A stretch of DNA of 64,000 nt from Actinomycetota bacterium (GCA_028698215.1 JAQVDY010000006.1:2705-66704), one strand, 5' to 3'; positions 46,939 through 58,386 are shown, numbered from the stretch's first letter. A program made the numbers and translations. Notes: generated from the sequence alone by a model not told the origin.

Positions 46939-48045
46939 TTACAGTTTATCTATCACTTTTTTTGCATCCTCTAAGCTGGAAATGGTAAAGAAATCCTTCT
47001 TGGCTAAACTTATGCCTCTTAAGCCTTTAAATATCCAGCTTAGGTATTTCCTGAATTCCTTAACTGCTTTTTCCGGCCCCTTAAACTTTACCATAAACTC
47101 CAGGTAGCAAAAAGCAAAGGTTTTTAGCCAGTCCAGATCCGGCTGCTCCCTTGATACACAGCCTGATAATCCCAGCAGTATATCAGCAAAAATCCACATG
47201 CTTCCCTTGGAGCTCCTGCCGATCATGATACCATCGCCGCCAGTATATTGTAACACTTCCTGGGCCCTTTGGGCATTATTAATATCTCCGCTGACTATAA
47301 CCGGAATGCTTACCGCCTGCTTTACCCGGCCTATCAATTCATAGTTTACCGCTCCCCTAAAACCCTGTTTAACTGTCCTTCCATGAATGGCTAAGGCCTT
47401 GGCTCCGTTTTCCTGGCAAACTTGGGCAAATTCTACTACATTAAGCTGGTTCTGGTCCCATCCCAGCCTGAACTTAACCGTTACCGGTATCTGTATGGCA
47501 TTAACTACTGATTTTACTATGGCTCCCGCCCTGGTCAAATCCTGCATCAGCCAGCCTCCGCTTTGAGATTTTAATATCTTGGGCACCGGGCAGCCCATAT
47601 TCAGGTCAATTATATCTGCTTCCGGCTGAAGCTTGCGGGCCGCTTCTGCCATAATAAGGGGGTCTGTACCAAAAATCTGTACAGCGCAGGGCCTCTCCAT
47701 AGAGGTTACCCGGGCCAGGGCCAGGCTCTTTTTATGATGGTAATGAAGCCCATAACTGGTAATCATTTCACTATAGGTTAGGCCGCTGCCAAAAAAAGAT
47801 GCAAACAGGCGGTAGGTGTTATCACTGATGCCGGCCAGGGGGGCTGATATTACTGGATTGGCTATGGCCACATTTCCTATGCTAAAACCGCTGCCTGCTA
47901 AGTCCAGCCCTCCCCGGCTCCCGGCCAGCCTGCCATCCAAATATTTTTCCCATTTACCCAGGGCGCCCTTATCCAGCTCCTGCTGGGCCGATAGGTAGGA
48001 TAAAACCAAATCCTTTAATTTTAAAGCCAGGTTGTTCACATCCAC
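46939..48045 (-). CDS. tRNA-dihydrouridine synthase (Dus family), with an N-terminal extension if the listed start is right.
   Basis: It has the Dus FMN-binding TIM-barrel pattern. The stop lies 2 nt from the tRNA-Pro gene. Confidence 0.75.
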   Translation of the reverse strand: MDVNNLALKLKDLVLSYLSAQQELDKGALGKWEKYLDGRLAGSRGGLDLAGSGFSIGNVAIANPVISAPLAGISDNTYRLFASFFGSGLTYSEMITSYGLHYHHKKSLALARVTSMERPCAVQIFGTDPLIMAEAARKLQPEADIIDLNMGCPVPKILKSQSGGWLMQDLTRAGAIVKSVVNAIQIPVTVKFRLGWDQNQLNVVEFAQVCQENGAKALAIHGRTVKQGFRGAVNYELIGRVKQAVSIPVIVSGDINNAQRAQEVLQYTGGDGIMIGRSSKGSMWIFADILLGLSGCVSREQPDLDWLKTFAFCYLEFMVKFKGPEKAVKEFRKYLSWIFKGLRGISLAKKDFFTISSLEDAKKVIDKL

Positions 48046-48182
48046 CTTTATTTTCTATGCTGTTTACGGTTCTATTGTCATTAACATTCTAATGGAAGCC
48101 TTACCAGGGTACAATTAGAATTTGATTAGAGACATTATTGAGCTATAATCGATAAAGATTATTAATTTATCAGGAGCAAAAA

Positions 48183-48707
48183 ATGACCCCAAGCAGCAAA
48201 GGCAAACAGGCTTACCAAATAGCTTTTAAGCTGGACCAGGATTATGGTGAATGTTCACAGGCCACCCTTAAGGCCCTGCAATCCGTATTTGAAATGGAAG
48301 ATGAAGATATATTCAGGGCCATAGGGGCACTGGCTGGAGGAGGCGGGGGTAGATGTGACGGAAGCTGCGGGGCTTATGCCGCTGCCATGTTTTTTATGGG
48401 CATGTTTGCCGGTAGAAATTATGCCGATTTGGGAGCTGACCCCGATGACCCTGCTGCCCATAAGCAGAGGGACCAGCTGTTTGCTTTAACCGATAAGCTG
48501 TACCGCAAGTTTATTGATGCCTATGGGAGTATTAACTGCGCCGATATACACCGTAAGCTATACGGCAGAGCCTATTATCTCAGGGATAGAGAAGAAATAG
48601 AAAAATTTTTGGCCAATGGGGGCCACAGTGCCCAGGGCGGGCCTTCTGTATGCGGAAATGCGGCCCAGTGGGCAGCAGAAATAATAGAGGAATTCCTAAA
48701 GGTTTAA
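48183..48707 (+). CDS. C_GCAxxG_C_C-family putative redox-active protein.
   Basis: The segments ECSQATLKALQ and GGGGGRCDGSCGAYAAAMFFMG match the family signature. Confidence 0.6.
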   Translation: MTPSSKGKQAYQIAFKLDQDYGECSQATLKALQSVFEMEDEDIFRAIGALAGGGGGRCDGSCGAYAAAMFFMGMFAGRNYADLGADPDDPAAHKQRDQLFALTDKLYRKFIDAYGSINCADIHRKLYGRAYYLRDREEIEKFLANGGHSAQGGPSVCGNAAQWAAEIIEEFLKV

Positions 48708-49478
48708 ATCCATAATAATCTGAAGCCCTTTTAAGGTAAGGTCCTGGTCATAAACCGGCTTATAGGTGCTTTTATCTTTCATCAGATAAGCCAGGCCGCC
48801 GGTAAATATTATTTTTGGCCGGAAACTGGGGTCAGTGCCATTCTGCTCTTCAATAATCTTGGACAGCAGGTAATCCACCTGGCCCAAAAACCCAAACAAT
48901 ATACCGGCCCTTATTCCGTCATAGGTGTTCTTGGCAATCACCTTTTGGGGCCAGGCCAGATCCACTTTGGACAGCCGGGCTGCATAACTGAACAAGGCTT
49001 CAGAAGATATCTCAATCCCGGGAGCTATTACTCCCCCCACATAGTCTCCCTGCGAAGAAATTATATCGAAAGTGGTGGCAGTACCAAAGTCAACCACTAC
49101 TGCCGGATACCCGTACAGCTTTACCGCTGCGGCTGAATTGGCAATACGGTCAGCGCCAATTTCCCGGGGATAATCATACTTGATATTTATTCCTAATTGG
49201 CCCATGCCCGCTTCTACCATAAATATGTTTAAGCCGAAATATCTCTGGCCCATCTTCTTTAGCTCTTCATTAATCCTGGGAACCACGCAGGAAACAGCTA
49301 TATGGTTAACCTGCCCCGGCTGGTAGCCGCAGTTCTTCATAAAAGACAGCACCGAAGAGCCAATTTCGTCTGAAGTTTCATGCCTGGGGGTAGCCATTCT
49401 CCAGGAATTGGCCAGCCGGCTTTCTTCAAACAGGCCGATTACAGTTTGAGTATTACCTACATCTATGGCTAAAAGCAA
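48696..49478 (-). CDS. coaX: Type III pantothenate kinase.
   Basis: MLLAIDVGNTQTVIGLF carries the ASKHA N-terminal motif. Size is 260 aa. Confidence 0.85.
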   Translation of the reverse strand: MLLAIDVGNTQTVIGLFEESRLANSWRMATPRHETSDEIGSSVLSFMKNCGYQPGQVNHIAVSCVVPRINEELKKMGQRYFGLNIFMVEAGMGQLGINIKYDYPREIGADRIANSAAAVKLYGYPAVVVDFGTATTFDIISSQGDYVGGVIAPGIEISSEALFSYAARLSKVDLAWPQKVIAKNTYDGIRAGILFGFLGQVDYLLSKIIEEQNGTDPSFRPKIIFTGGLAYLMKDKSTYKPVYDQDLTLKGLQIIMDLNL

Positions 49479-49561
49479 CTAAACCTCCTTTTAATGGCTG
49501 TAATTATAAGGGGTAAATTATAATTTAAAAAGTTTTTTCAAAGGTTTTCCACCCGCAAAAG

Positions 49562-50434
49562 TTAAAGACCCAGCTTTAAGTCTTCTGCTTTTACCACTTT
49601 TTCACTAAATTTTTGTTCTTTAATATACTGGGCTATTTTCTTTTGGCCTACTTTAAAATAAGGGCTTATCTCCATTAAGGGCACCAGCACAAAATTCCTC
49701 TGGCTGTACCCAGGATGGGGAATGGTTAAAAAATCAGAGCTAATGCGGACTCCTTCCCAGTAGATTATATCAATATCTATGGGCCGGGGGCCGTAACGGC
49801 TGCTTTTATGGCCGCGGCCCAGGCCGTATTCTATTCCCTTTATGAAACCCAGGAATTCAAAAGGGCCTATGGTGCTGTCCACCAACAGTCCTGCAGCCAT
49901 ATTTAAAAAATCAGGCTGACCGGGTTCATACATGGGCTGGGTTTTGTATATGGAGGAAAGAGTGTCCACTTTAACCCCCGGATGGGCTTTCAGCTTTTCT
50001 ATAGCCTGCCTTAAGCAGCCCAGCATGTCACCCTGGTTGCTGCCTAAACTTAAAAAAACCTGGCTGGTTTTTGGCTGCCGGCGGCATTTATAAACTACCT
50101 GCACGCTGTTTAAGTCCTCCTGGATAGGGGGCTGTGTTTTACTGACCGCCACCTTTACAGCCTGGGCCTGGCTAAAATTATCCATTATGGATTGTGCTGC
50201 CTGTTGGGCCAGGCTTTCCAGCAAGTCAAATTTATGGCTGCCGCTTATCTGTTTTACCAGCTCTATTACCTGGGAATAATTAATAGTTTTTTCCAGCTTG
50301 TCCCGGCCTCTAAAATCCTGGGGCTGGGGAGTGATAGTAATATCAAATACAAAGGGCTGGCCTTTTTCCTTTTCCTGTGGATTTACCCCATGGTAGCCGT
50401 AAAGGGTCAACCCGTTTATCTTAATTTTATGCAT
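49562..50434 (-). CDS. folBK: Bifunctional dihydroneopterin aldolase (FolB) / 6-hydroxymethyl-7,8-dihydropterin pyrophosphokinase (FolK).
   Basis: The N-terminal FolB pattern is LTLYGYHGVNPQEKEKGQPF. The C-terminal HPPK pattern is LGSNQGD...NFVLVPLMEI. Confidence 0.8.
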   Translation of the reverse strand: MHKIKINGLTLYGYHGVNPQEKEKGQPFVFDITITPQPQDFRGRDKLEKTINYSQVIELVKQISGSHKFDLLESLAQQAAQSIMDNFSQAQAVKVAVSKTQPPIQEDLNSVQVVYKCRRQPKTSQVFLSLGSNQGDMLGCLRQAIEKLKAHPGVKVDTLSSIYKTQPMYEPGQPDFLNMAAGLLVDSTIGPFEFLGFIKGIEYGLGRGHKSSRYGPRPIDIDIIYWEGVRISSDFLTIPHPGYSQRNFVLVPLMEISPYFKVGQKKIAQYIKEQKFSEKVVKAEDLKLGL

Positions 50435-51642
50435 TAGCTCACCGCCCGGATAGCCTGGACCATGTCCAGCATATGCCTGGTTTCTTCTACATCATGCACC
50501 CTAAACAACCGGGCACCGTTAATATAGCTGTACGCCGCTGCTGCCAAACTGGGCAGCAGCCTTTGCTCTACATTGAGCCCGGTAACCTTTTCTATGAAGG
50601 ATTTCCTGGAAACACCCACCAAAACAGGGTAGCCCAGCTGCCCCAGCTGGTCCAGGCCTTTTATAATCTGCAGATTATGCTGGGCGGTCTTACCAAAACC
50701 TATGCCTGGATCCACTATTATCCTTGAAGGCCCTATCCCTGAAGATACCGCCCTGCGGGCAGCTGAATCCAAATACCAGTAAATTTCTTCCACCACATCC
50801 TGGTAGGTGGGGTTTAGCTGCATATCAGCGGGAGTACCCTTTATATGCATCAGTATTACTGAAACCCCGCTGTCTGCAGCCACTGCTGCCATACCCTTAT
50901 CAAAACTTAAAGCACTGATATCATTTATAATATCAGCCCCTGCTTCCACCGCCGCCCGGGCTATTTCAGACCGGTAGGTATCTATGGAAACCGGATGGGG
51001 GAAACGGGCTTTTATGGCTTTAATTACCGGAATAGTCCTTTCCAGCTCCTGCTTTAAGCTGACCGGATTGGATCCCGGCCTGGTAGACATGCCTCCCACA
51101 TCTATGATGTCCGCCCCCTGGGCAATCATTTGTTCTGCCCTGGGCAATGCTTGCTGGACCTGCAAATACCGGCCCCCATCATAAAAAGAATCAGGGGTTA
51201 CATTAAGTATGCCCATAATGGCATAACCGTGCTCCAGGTCAAATTGTTGAGATCCCAGTACCAGCCTGGGCTTAAGCCGGGGCCCGCCCAAAAAGTCGTC
51301 CAGGTGCCGGGCCAGCTCTTTTAAGCCAAAAGGCTGAATCTTTATCTTCCTAGCTAGACTGGCTAGCATGCTGTCAGTGCCGATAATAATGACCTGGGTA
51401 AGCCCTTCCTTTTTTAGCAGGCTTTCTTTGGAAGTAACTACATCCCCTCCCCTGGCCAGGGCTTCCTGTTTCAATATATTGGCAGCTATATGGCTGATTC
51501 CGCTAACCTCGACCGCCAGGGGCAAAACCTTGGAAGCCATAATTTTATTGCCGGCCCGGGTAGAGCCTATACGGGCAAAAACCTGTTCGGCTTCCTTCCT
51601 GCACTTAAACCTTAAACCCCTGACTTTTATGCCTTGGGCCAT
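50434..51642 (-). CDS. folP: Dihydropteroate synthase with an extra ~125-aa N-terminal domain.
   Basis: The FolP core starts at about residue 128 (GILNVTPDSFYDGG). The first ~125 aa are an unassigned domain. Confidence 0.8.
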   Translation of the reverse strand: MAQGIKVRGLRFKCRKEAEQVFARIGSTRAGNKIMASKVLPLAVEVSGISHIAANILKQEALARGGDVVTSKESLLKKEGLTQVIIIGTDSMLASLARKIKIQPFGLKELARHLDDFLGGPRLKPRLVLGSQQFDLEHGYAIMGILNVTPDSFYDGGRYLQVQQALPRAEQMIAQGADIIDVGGMSTRPGSNPVSLKQELERTIPVIKAIKARFPHPVSIDTYRSEIARAAVEAGADIINDISALSFDKGMAAVAADSGVSVILMHIKGTPADMQLNPTYQDVVEEIYWYLDSAARRAVSSGIGPSRIIVDPGIGFGKTAQHNLQIIKGLDQLGQLGYPVLVGVSRKSFIEKVTGLNVEQRLLPSLAAAAYSYINGARLFRVHDVEETRHMLDMVQAIRAVS

Positions 51643-51644
51643 AT

Positions 51645-52214
51645 TTACCGGCCCCCATTGCTGATTAAGGCCATCACTTCAGCCCGGGTAGCATGATTAT
51701 TCCTGAAAATTCCCCTTACTGCCGAGGTGACCGTTTTACTTTTTGGCTTTTTTACCCCCCTCATGCTCATGCATAAGTGCTCGGCCTCCACTATCACCAT
51801 CACCCCTCTGGGCTCTATGGTTTTTAAAATGGTATCGGCCACTATACTGGTAAGCCTTTCCTGTACCTGGGGCCGCTTGGCTACCAGCTCCAGCACCCGG
51901 GTAAGCTTGCTCAAGCCCACTATTTTCCCCGTTTTATTAGGTATATAGGCAATGTGGGCCTTCCCTATAAAGGGTACCAGGTGATGCTCACATACCGAAT
52001 AAAATGGAATATCCTTGACCAATATTATTTCATCATGATTTTCATCAAACATGGGACCCAGAACCTTGGCAGGATCCTCACCAATTCCAGAAAAGATTTC
52101 CTCATACATTTCTGCCACCCTTTTAGGGGTGCCTATCAGGCCCTCCCGGCCAGGGTCTTCTCCAATGCCCTTAAGGATCAGGGCCACACCTTCCTCTATC
52201 ATTTTCTTATCCAC
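51645..52214 (-). CDS. folE: GTP cyclohydrolase I.
   Basis: The motif is [10 protein letters not shown]. It has a GTG start with a GGGAG RBS. Confidence 0.9.
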   Translation of the reverse strand: MDKKMIEEGVALILKGIGEDPGREGLIGTPKRVAEMYEEIFSGIGEDPAKVLGPMFDENHDEIILVKDIPFYSVCEHHLVPFIGKAHIAYIPNKTGKIVGLSKLTRVLELVAKRPQVQERLTSIVADTILKTIEPRGVMVIVEAEHLCMSMRGVKKPKSKTVTSAVRGIFRNNHATRAEVMALISNGGR

Positions 52215-52340
52215 AGGCTTACTCCCAGCCTAAAATGGTAAATATAGTAAATATTATAAAAGATTATGGGCTAAATGGTAGTAAAATAAGAATTTAGTGC
52301 CAGCAGGCTCAAATATATAGCCGCCTGCTATCAAGGAAAG

Positions 52341-53375
52341 TTATTGATAACCAAATTTTTTTAATTTCTGATAATAGAAATCCCTGTTTTCCCTCATCAT
52401 ATCCAGTATATCCAGGCTGTAGGGGCATTTATCTTCACAACTGCGGCACTGGGTGCATTCCTTTAGCTTATCCACCTCTTGGGTTCTCTGGGGGGTTAAA
52501 TATTCCTTGAGGGGAAACTGGTCATAGACTACTTTTAAAAAATTAAGCTCATAAATATCTATACCCTGCGGACAGGGCATGCAATACCTGCATCCCCGGC
52601 AAAATTTATCACCCAGCTTTTCCCTAATTTGGGCTATCTTTTCCCAATCCTGTTCATCCAAGGTTTCTGGGTTTTCCATATGTTCAATATTCTGCTTAAC
52701 CTGGTCCAAAGACTCCATCCCCACCACCGGCACTATCCGGTCATACTGCTTAAGATACTTCAGGCACAGGCCGGCATCCTCTAACCTGCCTCCACCCATT
52801 GGTTTCATCCCCAGTATGCCGATATTGTTGTCTACCAGCCGCCGGTAAATTTTATCCCGGGTAAACTCTACCGCCACAAAATTGGCAGGCATCATTATTA
52901 CTGAAAAATCCGGCAGCTGATAATACTGCTCAATAATTTCAGAACTATGGCAGGAAAAACCTATATGCCTTACTTTCCCCTGGCTCTTTTGTTTAATCAG
53001 GGCATCCACTACCCCATTGGCCAGCAGCTTTTCCAATTTTTCCTGTTTGGAAACATCATGAAACATGAAGATATCCAGGTAATCAGTACCCAGCCGGGAA
53101 AGGCTGGTGTCCAGCTGCTGCAGGAACTCTTTTTTATCAGTGCTTAAAGACTTGGAGGATATGACCAGGGAATCCCTGATACCGGATATGGCCTGGCCCA
53201 ATAACTCTTCGCTATGGGGATACATATGGGCAGTATCAATAAAATTAACACCCAGCTCATGGGCCTGCCTGACCAAAGTTATTGATTGCTGCCGGGCAAC
53301 CCTGGCAAACTGAATGGCCCCAAAACCTATCTGGGATACCTTTAATTTGGTCCTGCCCAGAATCTTGTATATCAT
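52341..53375 (-). CDS. Aldo/keto reductase fused to a C-terminal Cys-rich Fe-S cluster domain.
   Basis: An AKR N-terminal TIM barrel is followed by the C-terminal motifs [11 protein letters not shown] and [12 protein letters not shown]. Confidence 0.7.
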   Translation of the reverse strand: MIYKILGRTKLKVSQIGFGAIQFARVARQQSITLVRQAHELGVNFIDTAHMYPHSEELLGQAISGIRDSLVISSKSLSTDKKEFLQQLDTSLSRLGTDYLDIFMFHDVSKQEKLEKLLANGVVDALIKQKSQGKVRHIGFSCHSSEIIEQYYQLPDFSVIMMPANFVAVEFTRDKIYRRLVDNNIGILGMKPMGGGRLEDAGLCLKYLKQYDRIVPVVGMESLDQVKQNIEHMENPETLDEQDWEKIAQIREKLGDKFCRGCRYCMPCPQGIDIYELNFLKVVYDQFPLKEYLTPQRTQEVDKLKECTQCRSCEDKCPYSLDILDMMRENRDFYYQKLKKFGYQ

Positions 53376-55246
53376 GATGGCTGGGTGCTGTCCTGTTTGG
53401 CCGGTTTGTGGCTCTTTACATCAGACAGAAGGTCCAAGACATCCTTGCGGTGCAGGGTTTCTTTTTCCACCAGCTCCTGGGCCAGGCGGGCCAGGGCTTC
53501 ACTGTTTTCTGTAATTATTTTCTTGGCCTTCTCGTAACTGCCAATAATAATGTTATGTACTTCATCGTCTATCAATGAAGCCACTTTATCACTGTAATGG
53601 GGCTTGCTGGCTATGTCCCTGCCCAAAAATACTTCGTCTTCAGACTCTCCCTTAAAGGTTATGGGCCCCAGCTTTTCGCTCATGCCGAATTCAGTCACCA
53701 TTTTGCGGGCCAGCTTGGTGGCCCTATCCAGGTCATTCTGGGCTCCTGAAGTAACATCGTCAAAATTAAGTTCTTCGCTTACCCTGCCTCCCAGCAACTG
53801 GGTAATATTATCCATCAATTCACTCTTTGATTTTAAAAACCTGTCTTCCTCCGGCAAAGACATGACATAACCTAAAGCCCTGCCCCTGGAAATTATGGAT
53901 ATCTTATGTATGGGATCGGTATTGGGTAAAACATAAGAAAGCATGGCATGGCCTGACTCATGATAGGCAATTATTCTCTTTTCCTTTTCACTGATGACCC
54001 TGTTTTTCTTTTCTGGTCCGGCTATCACTCTTTCCACCGCCTCTTCTATTTCCAGCATGGTTATCTTCTTTTTGTTTCTCCTGGCCGCCAGCAGAGAAGC
54101 TTCATTAAACAAGTTAGCCAAATCAGCACCGGTAAATCCCGGGGTCTGTTTAGCTATGGTTTTTAAATTAATATCTTTATCTAATGGCTTGTTCTTGGAA
54201 TGGATTTTAAGTATCTCTTCCCTGCCGTTAAGATCGGGCCTGTCCACTACTATCTGGCGGTCGAATCTTCCCGGACGGAGCAAGGCAGGATCCAGGATAT
54301 CGGGACGGTTGGTAGCTGCTATAAGTATTACCGTGCTGTCTGCATCAAACCCGTCCATCTCTACCAGCAGCTGGTTTAAAGTCTGTTCCCTTTCATCATG
54401 GCCGCCTCCTAGGCCAGCGCCCCTATGCCTGCCCACAGCATCAATTTCATCCATGAAAATAATGGAGGGCTGATTGGCTTTGGCCTGGGCAAATAAATCC
54501 CTTACCCTGGAAGCACCCACACCTACGAACATTTCCACAAACTCTGAACCGCTTATGCTAAAGAAAGGAACCCCTGCCTCTCCTGCCACTGCCCTGGCCA
54601 GTAAAGTCTTGCCAGTACCCGGAGGCCCGAAAAGAAGCACCCCTTTGGGTATCTTGGCCCCTATCTCCTTAAACTTTTTAGGGTTTTCCAAAAATTCCTC
54701 TATCTCCCTTAGTTCTTCTACCGCTTCATCTACCCCGGCTACATCTTTAAAAGTGATTCTCTGCTTGCCTTTATTGGACAGCCTGGCCTTGCTTTTGCCA
54801 AACTGCATCACCTTGGAGCCTCCGCCCTGTAGCTGGTTCATCATAAAAAAGATAAGGCCGAACATGATGATGAAGGGTAAAGCGCTGATCAAAATTTGAA
54901 TCCATATGGACTGCTGCTGGTTATTTACCACAAAGGGCACATCTTCATCCAGCAATAGCTGGCTAATGTCATAGGTGTCTAAAAAGGCAACCTTAAACGG
55001 AGTGCCGTCTACCAGGGTGCCCTCTACCGCACTATCTTCCCCCATTACCACCAAGGGCTCTTCCGTACTTATCCTGTTCTCACCTATCATCTGTATAAAT
55101 TCATTAATGGTGAGCTCTTCTGTTTGCTGGGATAAAAACAGGGGATTTCTAAATATCAAAAACATAACCACGATCAGCAGTATTAGCAATGCAATATTTT
55201 TAAAACTTCTATTTCTAAAACCCTTATTGTCAGGTTCTTTATTCAA
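53372..55246 (-). CDS. ftsH: ATP-dependent zinc metalloprotease FtsH.
   Basis: An AAA module (GPPGTGKT) plus an HEAGH-type zinc site (HESGHA). Size is 624 aa. Confidence 0.95.
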   Translation of the reverse strand: MNKEPDNKGFRNRSFKNIALLILLIVVMFLIFRNPLFLSQQTEELTINEFIQMIGENRISTEEPLVVMGEDSAVEGTLVDGTPFKVAFLDTYDISQLLLDEDVPFVVNNQQQSIWIQILISALPFIIMFGLIFFMMNQLQGGGSKVMQFGKSKARLSNKGKQRITFKDVAGVDEAVEELREIEEFLENPKKFKEIGAKIPKGVLLFGPPGTGKTLLARAVAGEAGVPFFSISGSEFVEMFVGVGASRVRDLFAQAKANQPSIIFMDEIDAVGRHRGAGLGGGHDEREQTLNQLLVEMDGFDADSTVILIAATNRPDILDPALLRPGRFDRQIVVDRPDLNGREEILKIHSKNKPLDKDINLKTIAKQTPGFTGADLANLFNEASLLAARRNKKKITMLEIEEAVERVIAGPEKKNRVISEKEKRIIAYHESGHAMLSYVLPNTDPIHKISIISRGRALGYVMSLPEEDRFLKSKSELMDNITQLLGGRVSEELNFDDVTSGAQNDLDRATKLARKMVTEFGMSEKLGPITFKGESEDEVFLGRDIASKPHYSDKVASLIDDEVHNIIIGSYEKAKKIITENSEALARLAQELVEKETLHRKDVLDLLSDVKSHKPAKQDSTQPS

Positions 55247-55320
55247 ATTAAAACAACTCCTCTTTCCAGAAAATTAGGCAATATTTAATCCTCTAGATTG
55301 CCCATTTGATAATAATATAA

Positions 55321-55899
55321 TTACTGCTCATTTTCAATATACCCGATAAAAGGAAGGTTTCTATATTTTTCGGCAAAATCGAGGCCATAGCCCACTACAA
55401 ATTTATTGGGAATTTCAAAGCCCTTATACTTTATATCATTCTGCTGTTTGCGGGGAACTTTCTTATCCAGCAGGGCACAAACTTCAATGGATTTGGGATT
55501 CCTGGCCCCCAGGTTTTTAATCAAATAATTAAGGGTTCGGCCGGAATCAACAATATCCTCTATTATCAAGACATCTTTTTTTTCGATATTGAACTCCAAA
55601 TCCTTGGTTATCCTTACTATACCGGAGCTAACTTTGGAATTGCCATAGCTGGACACTGCCATAAAATCAAACACTACTGGAATCTGGACATGCCGGCAGA
55701 TATCTGCCACAAAAATAAAGGAGCCCCGGAGAATTGAAACCAGTACTGGAGTCTTTCCCCTGTAATCATCAGTTATCCTCTGCCCCAGCTGCCTTATTTT
55801 TTCCTGCAGCTTATCCTCTTCAATTAACACTTTAATTTTGGTGCTTCCGTCTATCACCATCAAACCGTCATCATCTCTTTGGTATCTATAGCTGTTCAT
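55321..55899 (-). CDS. hpt: Hypoxanthine phosphoribosyltransferase.
   Basis: The PRTase motif is VLIIEDIVDSGRTL. Confidence 0.9.
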   Translation of the reverse strand: MNSYRYQRDDDGLMVIDGSTKIKVLIEEDKLQEKIRQLGQRITDDYRGKTPVLVSILRGSFIFVADICRHVQIPVVFDFMAVSSYGNSKVSSGIVRITKDLEFNIEKKDVLIIEDIVDSGRTLNYLIKNLGARNPKSIEVCALLDKKVPRKQQNDIKYKGFEIPNKFVVGYGLDFAEKYRNLPFIGYIENEQ

Positions 55900-55915
55900 A
55901 ATACCTCTTTTTGCC

Positions 55916-57364
55916 TTAGTCTTGCCATATTTTTATATGTAGAACCTTTTTGGTCCCGGAAGTTATTCTGGCCCTATGGTCGACCCTGTGTCCTCCAACC
56001 CAAATAATCTTTTCCTTATCTACAAATATGGGAACCATACTCTTCTGATAGCCGGGAATTTTAAGGTCTGTAAAAAAATCCTGTAACTTTTTATCGCCGG
56101 TTAAGCCTAAAGGCTTAAACCTGTCGCCTTTTTCCCAATTCCTTATTTTAACAGGAAACCTAATTTTACCATAATCCAGGAATGCTTCAAAACGGTTTGC
56201 CAACTTATGGCAATCATCCTCCGGCCGGTCAATTATAGCGGCCTGCAGCTTCAGCCCAAAACCCGGCAGCGTTTGGATGCTTCCATCCATATTTTTTAAT
56301 TCATACTCCAGCTCTGCCGGCTGCAGCAAGTGCGAATACCTGGCCGGCAACTGGCCTTTTAGCAGGTTATTTATAAAATATAATTTCCCTGCCTGTTTGA
56401 TTACCAATACTTCCCGGCAGGGCTGTATTTGCCTGGTCTCACTGCTGACTGCTATCTTTATTATACCTTCTATATTCTTGCTGCTTATATTAACCAGGTA
56501 TCCCCTTATCCGGCCCAACGCTTCTATTACCACCCTTCTCTGCAGTGCCGGATGCAGGCGGCCCAAATCTTCAGTATTTAGACTCATTAGCAATGTTTTA
56601 TGCTGCAAGGAGTAAATTTCTGCCTGTCCGGACAGCCACCCTTCCGCTTGGCCCGAAAGGTAGCCGTCTTCCAGGCGGGCCGTTTCTGCAGCCCTTAAAA
56701 TATTAGGTTTCGCATTAGGCCAGATGTTTTTTTGTATAAAAGGCAGCAGCAAATTCCTGATCCGGTTACGCCTGTACTTGTTTTCTACATTGGTACTGTC
56801 CAGGCAATAATCAATACCTTCTTTTGCCAGGTAATTTAAGATATCGTTCCTCCAGGTCTCAATTAGAGGCCTGACTATATTGCCGGAGACCGGCTTTATG
56901 CCGCTCAGGCCCCTGGTTCCGGAACCCCTGAACAGGTTCATCAATACTGTTTCTATCCTATCATCAGCATTGTGCCCCAGTGCTATGCGGCTGCATCCCA
57001 GCTCGGCTGCAGCTTCTGTTAGCAGAGAAAGCCTTACCTTGCGTGCTGCTTCCTGGAAGGACAGCTGCTTTTCCTGGGCTACCCGGGCTGCATCCACAGT
57101 CCGCAAGACCATGTTTAAACCCATATCTGCACATAAATCCTTCACAAACCGGGCATCTACCCTAGACTGGCCCCGGCGGGTAACATGGTCCAAATGAAAA
57201 ACATGGATGCTAAGCTGGTACCTGGGGGCAAGCTGGGACAATACCTGAAGCAGGCATACAGAATCAGGCCCCCCGGATACGGAGACTAAAACCTTGTCAT
57301 TAGGCTTTAGCATGGAGTATTTGGCAATAGTGCTATTTACTTCTGACACCAAATCTGTAGGCAT
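55916..57364 (-). CDS. tilS: tRNA(Ile)-lysidine synthetase.
   Basis: The PP-loop is SGGPDS. Size is 482 aa. Confidence 0.9.
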   Translation of the reverse strand: MPTDLVSEVNSTIAKYSMLKPNDKVLVSVSGGPDSVCLLQVLSQLAPRYQLSIHVFHLDHVTRRGQSRVDARFVKDLCADMGLNMVLRTVDAARVAQEKQLSFQEAARKVRLSLLTEAAAELGCSRIALGHNADDRIETVLMNLFRGSGTRGLSGIKPVSGNIVRPLIETWRNDILNYLAKEGIDYCLDSTNVENKYRRNRIRNLLLPFIQKNIWPNAKPNILRAAETARLEDGYLSGQAEGWLSGQAEIYSLQHKTLLMSLNTEDLGRLHPALQRRVVIEALGRIRGYLVNISSKNIEGIIKIAVSSETRQIQPCREVLVIKQAGKLYFINNLLKGQLPARYSHLLQPAELEYELKNMDGSIQTLPGFGLKLQAAIIDRPEDDCHKLANRFEAFLDYGKIRFPVKIRNWEKGDRFKPLGLTGDKKLQDFFTDLKIPGYQKSMVPIFVDKEKIIWVGGHRVDHRARITSGTKKVLHIKIWQD

Positions 57365-57366
57365 AA

Positions 57367-58386
57367 CTAAGGCAAGCCCATCCTTTCCCTCATATATTCA
57401 GCAGTAGATTCAGGAGTAGTTATGTTTATATTTACCCCGGTTCCCATCTCAAACCCGGCCTTGATGGTAAGCTTGGGCAAAAACTCCAGATGCCAGTGAT
57501 AATAATGGCTGGCATCAATGGCGCTGGGGCTGGTATGTATATAATAGTTGAAGGCAGGATTACCCAGTTCGCGGTAAAAGAAATCCAGAACCAGTTTAAG
57601 GCAGGAGGCCAATGATTTTTTCTGGGGCCCATCAATATACTCAAAATTAGAGCAATGGGAGCGGGGCACGATCCAGGTTTGGTATGGAGACCCGGAAGCA
57701 AAAGGCTGAAGCACCATAAAATGACGGTTCTGGTATACTACCCTTTTCGCTTCCCGGCTTTCAAACTTTAGCATATCACACATGGCGCATTTTTTATTCC
57801 GGTTAAAATAATTGATAGTGCCCTCAAGCTCTTTACCCAGCACAGGAGGTATAAAGGGGAGCCCGAACAACTGTGAATGGATATGATCCAGGGAAGCTCC
57901 TGCTTCCCTGCCCTGATTATGCATGATAATTATGGACTGGATTCTATCATCAGCCTTAAGTTCATTAATTCTATTCTGGTAGGCGTCCAGCATAGCCATA
58001 ATCTCTGGGGGTGACAACAGGGCTATATCACATATATGGCGGGGGGAAGCAATTATTACCTCATGTACCCCAAAACCGGTCATGGTACGGTATAAGCCTT
58101 CTTTGCCGCTGTGCAAATCTACCTCTGGTATCAAGGCGGGAAACTTATTGGGTACCACTCTTACCTGCCAGCCTTCACTATTAGGTTTACGTTTCTTACC
58201 TGAATCCAAGGCATATACTTCCCGGGGGGTCATGCCTTCATTGCCGGCACAGAAAGGGCAGGTATCATTATTGGCTTCCACAGGCTTACTTTGCGGCACG
58301 CCTCTAAATTTATCCGGCCGCTTGGCCCTTTCAGTGGCAATTATGACCCAATCGCCGGTTATTAAGTCTTTTCTGAGTTGGGGCAA
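57367..58386 (-). CDS. GalT-type HIT-family hexose-1-phosphate nucleotidyltransferase. It is UDP-glucose:galactose-1-P uridylyltransferase-like, and an ADP-glucose phosphorylase-like role is possible.
   Basis: The zinc site is CPFCAGNE, and the His-x-His-x-Gln active-site motif is HIHSQL. Size is 339 aa. Confidence 0.7.
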   Translation of the reverse strand: MPQLRKDLITGDWVIIATERAKRPDKFRGVPQSKPVEANNDTCPFCAGNEGMTPREVYALDSGKKRKPNSEGWQVRVVPNKFPALIPEVDLHSGKEGLYRTMTGFGVHEVIIASPRHICDIALLSPPEIMAMLDAYQNRINELKADDRIQSIIIMHNQGREAGASLDHIHSQLFGLPFIPPVLGKELEGTINYFNRNKKCAMCDMLKFESREAKRVVYQNRHFMVLQPFASGSPYQTWIVPRSHCSNFEYIDGPQKKSLASCLKLVLDFFYRELGNPAFNYYIHTSPSAIDASHYYHWHLEFLPKLTIKAGFEMGTGVNINITTPESTAEYMRERMGLP

